Origin: Dimorphilus gyrociliatus
Taxonomy: Eukaryota > Animalia > Annelida
DNA length: 64,000 nt
Assembly: GCA_904063045.1 (NCBI GenBank)
Contig: CAJFCJ010000017.1
Coordinates: 868,001 to 932,000, forward strand
Direction: 5' to 3'
The notes under the pieces are model-generated. The model searched no databases, was not told the origin of the DNA, and saw only the letters and a list, made by a program, of their open reading frames with translations. Shown piece by piece: positions 1-10,702 of the stretch. The position numbers and the translations under genes are program-made. Numbering within the stretch: the first letter of the stretch is position 1; every line of letters starts with the position of its first letter.

Positions 1-2
1 TG

Positions 3-1598
3 AGGAGAACTCACATGCAATACAATCAACATCAACGTCAAATCGAACAAATGGAAAGTGAAGAACTGCAATACCAAAAGAAAATGAGAACTGAAATGAT
101 GAATTTAGAGGAGCAAGTTTGCATTGTTAGAAAAGATAACGAACTCTTAAAACAACAAAACGAACAGATATCCGCAAGCACAGAGCAATTGGGGCCCATC
201 AATCGTGAAATGAGACAATTAATATCTCAGTTAAGGACTCATAGTGATCAACAAAAAACTGAGATTGCGCGTTATAAGAAAAAAGTTCGTGAGTTACAAT
301 ATCGAATTGAAGAGATACAACAAAATGCCCAAGAAGCCTCAAATATTATCAGCGAAGAAATTATGCCAATGAAAACCGAACCCGAGATAATAGAACAACA
401 GAGCTCACCGCCAGAGCCAGGCGAAACAAGAGACGACGGAGAAGTTGAAGAACCAGATGACGATGAAAAGGATTCCAAGTCTTCTATAACCCCCGAAAGA
501 GTATCTTTGTCGAATGATAGTGAATCTGATTTAAAATCTCAATTGAAAGCTGCTCTCGATTCAAATAAAGAGTTGAAGTTATTGCTAGATACATTCAAGG
601 CTGCTTCTAAGGAAAATAGAGATAAAGCAACACTAATGGCTGGAGAAAAGAGAGCAAAACAAGAAGTTGAAGAGCTGAAAATGATTATTAAAAAATTAGA
701 GAAAGAAAATCATTCGAGTAGATCGAACCATTCAGACTCAAATATTGATCATGAACAATTAGCAAACAAAAATAGAAAGATTGCACACATGGAAAAGCAA
801 ATAGCCAATTTAAAAAGTGATTTGCAAGCTAAAGAAGAGCAAGAAAATGCTCTATTGAGTGAAATGGATGTTACTGGGGAAGCTCTAGATGAGACCCGAG
901 ACCAAAATTATCGTCTTTTAACAGAATTGAAAGAAAAAGATGATGCCAATATAAATTTAATGTCTGAAAGGCTAAAAGCTCAACAAACCGTTCGATTGTT
1001 GAAAGAGGAGAAAAAACAATTAGCTGAAGAGATACAAATTCTTGCTCAGCAATTAGATGCTCAAAATGAAGTTGTTAGAAGTTTGGAAGAGAAAGAAAGA
1101 GGACTCATAGCAACTTTAACATGCTACGAGAAAGAAAGTAATACGAAACAAATGGCACTTGAAAATCAAAAACGCAAGGCAGTTGAATGTTCTCAAGCAG
1201 CTGCCGATTTAAAACTACAAGTAGAAAAATATCAGACTCAACTAAAAGAAGCTCAAGTTGCTGTTGCGGAGAAAACAACTGTCCTCGAACGGGAAATGTT
1301 TAAGCATAAACGACTAAAAGAAGAAGTTGCTAGTTCAAGAAAGAAATTAGAAAGAGCCAAAAAGATAGAGCAAGCTAGTTCAGCCGACGAAGTACTTATG
1401 GAAGAAATAAAGGAATATAAAGAGCAATTAACTTGTCCTTCTTGTAAAGTGAAAAAGAAAGATGCTGTCCTAACAAAGTGTTTTCACGTTTTCTGTTTGG
1501 ATTGCTTAAAAGTTCGATATGAAACAAGGCAACGTAAATGTCCAAAATGTAACGCAGGCTTTGGAGCCCATGATTATCATCGTCTATATTTGACTTGA
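3..1598 (+). CDS. BRE1: E3 ubiquitin ligase BRE1 (RNF20/RNF40), 5'-truncated C-terminal part
   Basis: Coiled coil followed by a C3HC4 RING (CPSCKVKKKDAVLTKCFHVFCLDCLKVRYETRQRKCPKC), recognised as the BRE1 C-terminus. The frame is open back to the window edge, so the M at 15 is not the true start. No intron in 1.6 kb. Confidence 0.95.
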   Translation, partial: RRTHMQYNQHQRQIEQMESEELQYQKKMRTEMMNLEEQVCIVRKDNELLKQQNEQISASTEQLGPINREMRQLISQLRTHSDQQKTEIARYKKKVRELQYRIEEIQQNAQEASNIISEEIMPMKTEPEIIEQQSSPPEPGETRDDGEVEEPDDDEKDSKSSITPERVSLSNDSESDLKSQLKAALDSNKELKLLLDTFKAASKENRDKATLMAGEKRAKQEVEELKMIIKKLEKENHSSRSNHSDSNIDHEQLANKNRKIAHMEKQIANLKSDLQAKEEQENALLSEMDVTGEALDETRDQNYRLLTELKEKDDANINLMSERLKAQQTVRLLKEEKKQLAEEIQILAQQLDAQNEVVRSLEEKERGLIATLTCYEKESNTKQMALENQKRKAVECSQAAADLKLQVEKYQTQLKEAQVAVAEKTTVLEREMFKHKRLKEEVASSRKKLERAKKIEQASSADEVLMEEIKEYKEQLTCPSCKVKKKDAVLTKCFHVFCLDCLKVRYETRQRKCPKCNAGFGAHDYHRLYLT

Positions 1599-2143
1599 AA
1601 AAAATGTATTTTGTGAATATGATTTTAGTTGTGTAGACAAGATTTTAGACTTAAACAGTATCCTTCATACAAGTTGTATACCGTTTCTGTCTATGTTAAC
1701 AATTTCTTTCATGTATATATTGTAAACAATATCATTCGCATAGATTTAAATAAATTAACAAATTAAATATATAGGATTGTAAGTATGTATACATTCTATA
1801 CGTATTCAATTAAATCATCGCTCCCAGCAGTACATGCCCCTTTGCTTATGGAGAACGGTAATTAATATAAACAAAGGAAGAATAATCTACAATGATAATG
1901 GTTCCTTTTGTTTTTTTGATTAGTTTCATACTAATTGAGTTAAAGTAAATTAAGCAACTGAGTTCAAAGAGACTTCAGAGTAATCATATCGGGATAATCT
2001 TCCATAGTGAATATTTCACGTAGTGATAATAATTAATACCAAAAATAATTAGAATGTATTAGCCTTTTTTTTTATAGAAATGTGTACGTCTTGTATTTAA
2101 ATCTCAACAAATAGAAGTATAAACTGCGATTGCTTAAAACTAA

Positions 2144-3496
2144 CTAATTTACATGGAACACTTGGAATCCGAATGATGATCTCCTTCGAGATTTATTCTG
2201 TTTGATATCTATTCCGTTGTCGAATTTTACAAGTCCATGCTCAGTGTAATCTGCTCCGAGAATTTCATCTTCAGATGACATTCGCAGTCCAACAGCTTTC
2301 TTAATAATACTTAAAAGTATTATTGAACACATTGCACTCCAGGCCGCTATGCAAACAAGAGCCAAAATTTGAACACCTAGTAGATAAACCCCTCCCCCGT
2401 GAAATAGTCCAGCCCTTCCTCTAGTTACGTCTTCGATTGGATCAATATCAGCAAACAGACCGACAACAATCATTCCCCAAATACCGCCAATTCCATGAAC
2501 AGCGAAAGCCCCAACTGGATCGTCTACTTTGAAATATTTAAAAATGGGATTCACAATAAAACTCAAAATTGCTGCAAGTGATCCTGATAAAATCGCTTCC
2601 CATGGACGAATTACAGCACAGCCCGCTGTAACGCTTACCAGGGATGTAAGAACAGAGTTAACTAAATCTGTTACTACAAATTTGCGCTTGTTAATTATCC
2701 AGCTAAACAACATTCCAGATACACCACCACCCATTGATGCTGTTATTGTAGTGACTGCTGACTTGGCTGCCAATATCCATTTTCCACCGGAAATACCAAA
2801 CGTACTTCCACAATTAAATCCTAACCAACCCCACCAAAGCATAAACATGCCTATTAACGAATTAGTGGGGTTACCAGGAGGATCGAGTTTTCCGCCGTCA
2901 TATTTTCCTTGTCTTGGTCCTAACATAACAGCGGCAACAAGAGCCGAAACAGCCCCGAGGACGTGAACTCCACCGGATCCTGCAATATCTACAACACCAA
3001 GATCTCGAAGGAAACCTCCGTCGACCCACAGCCAATGAGCACTCACGCAATAAACCCAAGTGTTTGTTAATGAATATAAGATGTAAGCTGTCAATTTTGT
3101 CCTTTCAGCCATTGCACCAGAAACTATTGTTGTTGCTGTAGTTGCAAACGATAATTGAAAGATGAAAGTTGAATAAACTATGCCCATTTCCTTTTCATTT
3201 TCTGAATCAAGTAGGAAGCTCCCAACTCCACAAAATGCATTAGCGTACTTTCCTTGACCGAAAGTTAATCCATAACCAAACGCCCAGTAAGTTATGCCGC
3301 CAAAAACGACATCGACAGCGTTCTTTACCATAATATTTACTTCATTTTTTGCTGACACACATCCGGCTTCCAAGAGACCGAAGCCTGATTGCATGGTAAA
3401 AATAATGAAGGAAGATGTTAATATCCATGTTGCGTCATCCCAAGTCATTTGTGGATCCTCCGTGGGGAGACGTGTTTCATTTTGGTTACAGGGCAT
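2144..3496 (-). CDS. amt: Ammonium transporter (Amt family), intronless, 450 aa
   Basis: Amt motifs MQSGFGLLEAG, FQLSFA, DIAGSGGVH, WWGWLGFNCGS and FAVHGIGG. Both pore histidines (SAHW, AVHG) are present, with multiple hydrophobic helices. Confidence 0.95.
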   Translation of the reverse strand: MPCNQNETRLPTEDPQMTWDDATWILTSSFIIFTMQSGFGLLEAGCVSAKNEVNIMVKNAVDVVFGGITYWAFGYGLTFGQGKYANAFCGVGSFLLDSENEKEMGIVYSTFIFQLSFATTATTIVSGAMAERTKLTAYILYSLTNTWVYCVSAHWLWVDGGFLRDLGVVDIAGSGGVHVLGAVSALVAAVMLGPRQGKYDGGKLDPPGNPTNSLIGMFMLWWGWLGFNCGSTFGISGGKWILAAKSAVTTITASMGGGVSGMLFSWIINKRKFVVTDLVNSVLTSLVSVTAGCAVIRPWEAILSGSLAAILSFIVNPIFKYFKVDDPVGAFAVHGIGGIWGMIVVGLFADIDPIEDVTRGRAGLFHGGGVYLLGVQILALVCIAAWSAMCSIILLSIIKKAVGLRMSSEDEILGADYTEHGLVKFDNGIDIKQNKSRRRSSFGFQVFHVN

Positions 3497-3712
3497 GCTT
3501 GTAACAACTGATTAAATAGTACATAGTTTGTCAAGGAGGGGAAGAGCGCCATCTATCGTCCATCGTTTTCATATTAATCTTTTCTCGCTTATTGACAAGC
3601 ATCAATATAGAGCGACGTCTATTTATAGTAATCCCACTTTACGCTGTCTTACTGCAACCTTAGTTGTCTTGTTTATGACAAAATGACAAACTAAGTGATT
3701 ATCATCAGATGA

Positions 3713-4510
3713 TGACGTCATTGTAGTGCTTGTGAGAAAACAAATTAAGCTAAATGTATTTTGGTCAATTATATTTTTGTTCTTTTTATAGCCATTACTG
3801 GAAAATTGATTATAAAAACTAGGTCATCTGTATTATATATGTATGTACCATTACCAAATACGGTATATCCCGATCAATGACACTTGGAAAGAGCGGTTAG
3901 GAAAGGTAGCCTTAACGTAAGGTTTCGAAACATCTAAAATACGTTGACGTATAAAATTGTAGCATCTAACTGAAATATTCTCTGAAGTTTTCAGACGAAT
4001 CAGTCTAGGCCACGTGACGTCATTGGCCGAATAGTTTAGATAATTTAGATTATCTTTTTCTTTTTTCTAAAAACAAGCCTTATTGTTTCCATTCTACTAC
4101 TATGAAGAAAACTACAATATGATAATTTAGAGAAACTTAAGCGTTTTGTTTTTTCTTTTCACCTTGGGAGAGAATATAAGGCAATGTATATTCATATCTA
4201 TTACGGCGGAAATAGGAATCCAAATACGGCAAATGTCGTGACGTCATCGGAAGGTACCTACCATATAAGGAGATATTAAGAATTCTCGATAAGTAATCGG
4301 TTTTGATTGATAATATTTAGTAGAGTAAACTTATATTTTATCATTCCATATCTATATGAATATTTATTTGAAAAATATATGAAAAGTAAGACAATAAAGC
4401 GCCGGAAATAATCGAGTATTTTTCATACATATTTAAATGAGGAAGCTATGCAAGCTGATTGGCTGTCAGGCAGAGCGTATTCTTGTGAAGCGCTGCTGAG
4501 TATATATAAG
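3713..4510. promoter_or_regulatory. Immediate-early-gene-type promoter between the divergent Amt and EGR genes: CRE + CArG/SRE + ETS + CCAAT + TATA
   Basis: TGACGTCA at 3713-3720, 4015-4022 and 4239-4246. Perfect CArG CCATATAAGG at 4261-4270. CArG-like CCAAATACGG at 3854-3863 and 4220-4229. ETS cores CGGAAA/CGGAAG near 4207, 4248 and 4403. Inverted CCAAT near 4458. TATATAAG near 4503-4510. Confidence 0.75.
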
Positions 4511-4648
4511 GCAGTTTCATTCATAAAATCGTAAACGAGAGGTTAGTGTTGAGCAGTGTAGATCATTGCATAACTTTTATCCTCACCGAGAATACAAGCA
4601 GCCGTGGCGCAGCGTGATAACCCCAAACACAAGAGTGGAGACGACGAG

Positions 4649-5602
4649 ATGATCATGGATAGTATAGACACCTTTGCTGCTTCCGGAGCAACTTTAATGC
4701 CGGATCCTGTTGGAAGTATGTCCTTTGAAGCATTTTCAACGGATAATGATGAAATTTCAAGCTGTTTAGCAAGCGGTTAGTTGAATTTTTTTCTATTATT
4801 ATTTTTTAATTGTTACAATAGAATTAATAAAAGATTTTTTTATATAATAAAGTAAATAAAACACTTGGTTTAATTTTTATTATTTGCATTTCTAAAAAAG
4901 CATATTTATGACCCTGTCATATTTCCAACAGCCGTTGCTTTACCCGATCAAGTATCAACAGGAGAGCAATGCGTTACCTACAAAGGCGTATTCTCGACGA
5001 CAGCGCCGTCACTCAGTCCCTTATTTATAAACCTGCTGGCGCAGGGCAACCAACCCGATGACTTGATGTCAGAGGCGTCCGAGACGCTCTCAGTTACAAA
5101 TACCCCACCTCCACCACCTTATTCCGAACCACATCATATTTCTTTACCCGATTTGGGTGCAGGAGTCTTGAGAGGTATAAATATAAAGGAAGAGGAGTCG
5201 CCTGCGGCGTCTTCCTGCTCCTTGGCTCAACCGAAGATGAGAAAGTATCCCTCAAGACCAAGTAAGACTCCGTTGCACGAACGTCCTTACGCCTGCCCAA
5301 GCGAAACTTGCGATAGAAGATTCTCCCGTTCTGATGAGCTAACTAGACATATTCGAATTCATACTGGTCAAAAGCCGTTTCAATGTCGGATCTGTATGCG
5401 GGCTTTTTCCAGATCCGATCATCTGACTACGCATATTCGAACGCATACGGGCGAAAAGCCTTTCGCCTGCGAGCAATGTGGAAGAAAATTCGCCAGATCA
5501 GATGAGAAGAAGAGGCATTCTAAAGTTCACTTGAAGCAGAAGAAGAAATCGCCTCCCTCAGCAACGGCTGTTGCTCCAACTATTGTTACAACCTCCAGTT
5601 AA
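4649..5602 (+). CDS. EGR: Early growth response C2H2 zinc-finger factor; exons 4649-4775 and 4932-5602 (265 aa)
   Basis: The three fingers match the EGR family ([35 protein letters not shown]...[12 protein letters not shown]...[12 protein letters not shown]). A GT-AG intron at 4776-4931 joins an ATG exon in frame and restores the N-terminal VTYKGVFS motif. Confidence 0.95.
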
Positions 5603-5967
5603 AGAAAAAAGGTCTTTTGTATACGCTTTTCTTTTTTAAAAACTTTTTCGAATTAGCGCTGGTTCGCAAGGGTCTTTTTTCAATTTTCTAATTTATTCAT
5701 GAACAAAAATGTCTAATTGTATAGTTGTTTCTCTTGGAAATTTAGATGTGTGTCGTCTGGTACATACATTTGACTCTTTTCATTATTTTTAGAAATTTTT
5801 TAATTGTTAAAATGTCTGTTTCAAGCAAAAGCTTGATGAAAATAAACACTCTTGTCAATATATTTGAAAGACTATTTATATATACACAATGGAGTATCTC
5901 TAATGACGTCAGTACTATAGGATATACCTATACCTAGGCGAACGGCCTAAGCTTAAACTAGAGCGCT

Positions 5968-7323
5968 ATGCAACTATTTCCGGTGGGCTTTTCTCGCTTT
6001 TTTTCAACGATTTTTGCTCTTTCCTCTGGTCAGGGGAAATGTGGAGTTGCAGTTTTTAGGGTAACAGGACCTAAAGCACGAAATGTTCTTTTTCAACTGA
6101 CAAAAATGCGTAAATTACCGATTTCAAGGAAATCTCTATTGAGGAATGTCTATAATCCCATATCGAACGATCGAATTGACCAGGCACTGGTGACGTGGTT
6201 CCCTGCACCCGCTAGCTTTACAGGCGAAGACTGTGTTGAAATACACGCGCACGGAGGCAAGGCCGTTGTCTCTGCTATTTTACAATCTCTTTCAAATTTG
6301 CCCGACTTTCGGCCGGCAGAAGCGGGCGATTTCACAAAAAGGGCGTTTACTAACGGTAAATTGGATTTGACTCAGGTCGAGGCACTCGCTGACCTTATAG
6401 CGGCTGAAACTGAAGCTCAGAGAAGCCTAGCTATACGGCAGTTGGGAGGAGAATTAGGCTTATTGTACGAACAGTGGAGGAGGGATTTAATCGAATGTTG
6501 TGCTTTTATTGAAGCCTATATTGATTTCGGGGAAGAAGAAAACTTAGATTTCGATATAAAGGTGAATGACCGCATAAAGTGCTTATCGAACGAAATTAAG
6601 TGTCACCATTCAGAGACAAAAAATGCTGAACGTATACGTGTTGGTGTTAAAGTGGCAATTTTAGGACGACCAAACGTGGGAAAGAGTAGTCTTTTTAATC
6701 GATTAGTGGGTAGGGAAAGGGCAATCGTATCACCATACGCTGGTACCACTAGGGATATCCTGGATGCTGCTCTTGACATAAATTCATACGCTGTAATCCT
6801 TACTGACACTGCAGGCCTACGAGACGACATGAAAATTGATATTGTAGAACAGGAAGGTATAAAGCGGGCCATACAAACAGCTTCTGAAGCCGATTTAAAA
6901 CTATTAGTTGTGGATGCTACGGACGGGGATGTTCCTTCTGAAATAAAAACTGATGAAAATACTATCATCATTTGGAATAAAGTAGATCTTTTAAAAGAAC
7001 CAATTGTCCAAGATGGCATTAAGTTATCTTGTAAAACTGGAAATGGTATGGATGAATTAATTGAAACATTGAGTGAAAAAGTAGAACACTTATGTATCAA
7101 TCCAAATTCACCGAATCCAATATCATCAAATGCCCGACATTCGTATCATTGTAAATTATGCTTGGAGAGTTTAGAAAATTATTCAAAGCTAATTAAACAA
7201 GATATAGTATTAGCGGCCAATGAACTTCAAATAGCTATAAATCATATGTCCAAATTAACTGGAACAATAACTAATGATGATATATTAAATGTAATTTTTA
7301 GTGAATTTTGTATTGGCAAATAA
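5968..7323 (+). CDS. GTPBP3: Mitochondrial tRNA-modification GTPase (MnmE/MSS1 family), intronless
   Basis: TIFALSSG, FTGEDCVEIHAHGG, G1 GRPNVGKSS, G2 GTTRD, G3 DTAG, G4 NKVD and C-terminal FCIGK. Confidence 0.97.
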   Translation: MQLFPVGFSRFFSTIFALSSGQGKCGVAVFRVTGPKARNVLFQLTKMRKLPISRKSLLRNVYNPISNDRIDQALVTWFPAPASFTGEDCVEIHAHGGKAVVSAILQSLSNLPDFRPAEAGDFTKRAFTNGKLDLTQVEALADLIAAETEAQRSLAIRQLGGELGLLYEQWRRDLIECCAFIEAYIDFGEEENLDFDIKVNDRIKCLSNEIKCHHSETKNAERIRVGVKVAILGRPNVGKSSLFNRLVGRERAIVSPYAGTTRDILDAALDINSYAVILTDTAGLRDDMKIDIVEQEGIKRAIQTASEADLKLLVVDATDGDVPSEIKTDENTIIIWNKVDLLKEPIVQDGIKLSCKTGNGMDELIETLSEKVEHLCINPNSPNPISSNARHSYHCKLCLESLENYSKLIKQDIVLAANELQIAINHMSKLTGTITNDDILNVIFSEFCIGK

Positions 7324-10300
7324 TAATTGATATTATTATTGTCTTAATTACTCTTTTCATAGAAAAGCATGAATTTCTATAAATAGATAAAAAAATAAAA
7401 GTAAAAAAAAAAATAGATAGAAGTGGGAAATTGAAAATCCATCTATATAAAAAAAAAAAAGAAAATAGGAGAAAGGTATCAAAATCATATATGAATGAAT
7501 ATAATCAAAGAAAAAAAAGAGATAACAACATTAACGACCCAACTTCTTTAACCTTTGAACTATACAAAGAAAAATAAAATTCAAAAATATTTTATTACTT
7601 TGTTTTTTATTGTTGAAAGAAATAAAAACAAGAAAAATATTTTTTCCAAAAAAAAAAAAGTAACAGCATGAATTTTAATCATAAAATAGAAATTATGTTG
7701 AAAATTATATGATATATATATTATTGTTATATAACTGTATATGTATTGTTCTAATATCTATATCTCATTCACATCTTTTTATTCAACTGTCTAAAAGTTG
7801 TAGAATCTAACGGTTGATGAACTATAGAACTTTTATTAGTGAACTAAAAATTTGACAAGAAGCGTAGGAATTTCCTTGAAAGCTGTATAGTTGTAATAAT
7901 TGATCGATCCCTTTACAGGGGCGGTTATAGATAAATAATAAAAAAAAAGCTTCGTGGAAACTGGTAAGAAATAATTAATCCTGTAACAATGAATGAGAAT
8001 AAAAAAACATTTCAAGTTAACGATAGGTCAATCACACTTTGTATGTAAACGTTTGTAAGGCAATACTTAAGTGATATTCTTGAACGCTTGTAAGTCAATT
8101 TAGATACGTTGTGGAAAAAAAAAACCAATTAAATCACAATTCTAAATGTATATAATACATATATATTGTCTGCCATTTTCTGTGATATCTGATAGAAAAT
8201 CGCTCAACATAATAACAAAGGGAAATTATTAATTTAAAATTGTGTATTGTCTCTCAACTACTCATGCTTATTGCCAATAAAAGATTGAAATGTTTTTGTT
8301 TTAAACATCAAAATAACATCACTAATTTAGTAATTACAGTTAATAATTAAAGAAAGTTAATAGGAATTACTTAATGCTCATAGGGAGGGGGAGGGTAGAC
8401 ATTGTGAAACCTTTTGTTTACAAAAACTATAACCAATTATCTCCTTTCCTTGAAAAGTGAAAACAACTTAGCTCTTAATTATCAATGTAGCTTCGATTAT
8501 CAAACTAATTTGTTGTTTATGTTTTTTAATAAAGTTAATTTTTGAATAATGAGCAGGTGTGCAGTTTCAAACGTTTTTGTGGTGTAATTAAAGACCAGAG
8601 ATCGTTATATCGTCAATTTAAAAAAAAATAATAATAATCTATATTACATATAAAACTTCTTATACTGGCACGGGTACAACAATTTTTTTAGTCTGTGGAA
8701 CAGATGTCATTTTGTGTGTTGGGGGGGAGGGGAAATGCCAAATGTTTTTTTTTTCGAACCTATTGTACAACTATGCAGAAGTAAGCTATATTTGTTAGTA
8801 TAACACACTTTCTTGGTAATCACGAGGGGACAACAAGACAAGTACTGCCGTTGACCTTTTATTCTGTTCAATACTTTTGTAATCTATAACAACTCAAGGA
8901 TTACTTTACGTATAGACAGAATGGAGTAGGGTGGCATAATCTGATTAAATAAAAATAGTATGCATATATATATATATATATATCGTACATACTATATATA
9001 TATATACAAAAACTACAAGTATATATAATTATGGGAAGATTTATTTCAAAAATAATTAATAATATAAACTAATAAAATATTACTAAATCTATAAATAGCT
9101 TTTATATTTTTTTCTACAATAAATCTATAACTTTAATTAACAGTTTGTCATTTTTTTTTAATTAAAAAAATAATAATTCCCGCTTACGTAAAGACTTTTA
9201 AAATGTGTCAACACGAATATTCTAATAATCTAAAATGGCAATCATAATAATAATAATAATAAAAATACCTTTTTCACTTCAATAGATTCTTACAGATGTA
9301 AACTAAAAATAAAGACCTGACAATTTCTTCCTATATATATATATATATATTTACTGAAATGTATAATATTTCAATGAATATTCATCTTTTTTTTCTTTAT
9401 ATATACAGTATATATATACATATATACAATACATATAAATAGAAATTAATACTTTTTTACAATTTAATTTTAAAGGAAGTATTTTATAATCGATAAAGGA
9501 ATGAAAAGTAATAGGGGGAAATTTTACACATCTAGCTATTTTGAAATTTTAACCATTTTTTATTTATTAAAGTTAATGGAAAAAAGTAAATATCTACTTT
9601 ATTTATAGATTCCTATACGATGAGGTTTTGGTATAACTTTTCATATATTTACAGAATAGTTTATACATATATGTTTATAATTCCAGCATTATAATACTAT
9701 ATAACGTATAGTAGATGTATGGAAATATTGTATTTATTATGTTTTCTTTTTGTATAATAAATATGTTTTTCGTTACATTATAGAAATTTTTTAAAACTAC
9801 CAAGAACCATTCTCCATCAATTGAAATGCGCAATTTTTTTAACCATGTTAATTGTTTTTTTTTCTACATTTCTTACTATTTATCTCTCTCTCTCTCTATC
9901 ACCTATTCGACAGGTGTTACTTTGTTAATTACGAAGTATTTTTTTTTTTGGTAAATAATTGATATCGGTCGAAAGTTGAATACTTTGTCCGACATAAAAT
10001 CTATCCTGCAAAAAATTGACATGAACTTAGAATTATTCTAAGCGCTATCGGTAAATATTGATTTGTGATTTGCTTTTCGGACACTTTAGGCAATTGATCT
10101 TCAAAGAATTGATACATAAAACCTAGTTTTGAGAAATGATTGTTCGTCGTAAACCTTATTCATACTTTTCTAGTAAAGCTTTTATAGCGAGTCAGTTACC
10201 CTTTTATTGTTATTGTTATTGTTATTTTCGTAGGTGTTTTTTTTTTTATAAAAAAAAATTTGCACCCTTTTTACTATTATTACTATATTTATAATTATTG

Positions 10301-10702
10301 TTACTATCTAACAAGAGTCAAATAGAATAAAAAAAAATGCTAAATATAAACTAACACAAAGTAAAATTGACTAGATTGGAAAAAGAAGAGAGGCCTATTG
10401 CTGACTTTGCAGCTATAAATCATTAATATCAAAGCTGGAAGATTAATTCAACGGTCATCGACCTTTGTGACTCGTTACAGACCAGACTCGACAAATTTGA
10501 ACTTGTTTTGAACTGAACTTCCACTTTTACAAGAAACTCATTTCGAAGAAACTAATTATTGATAAATATTTACCGTTGTATTTTAGATAATTGATAGATA
10601 TTAGTCACATTGATTAACATATGAAAACGGAAGACTGCAAGTGATATTCAGATATAGTTTTTTCCTTTTTTTCCTTGCTTTTCAGCTGTTTTTTCCCTGG
10701 GA

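Noticed and set aside
10428-10438. ATCAAAGCTGG, complementary to part of miR-2 family sequences
   Set aside because: The match excludes the seed, and the flanks do not form a nested precursor hairpin.
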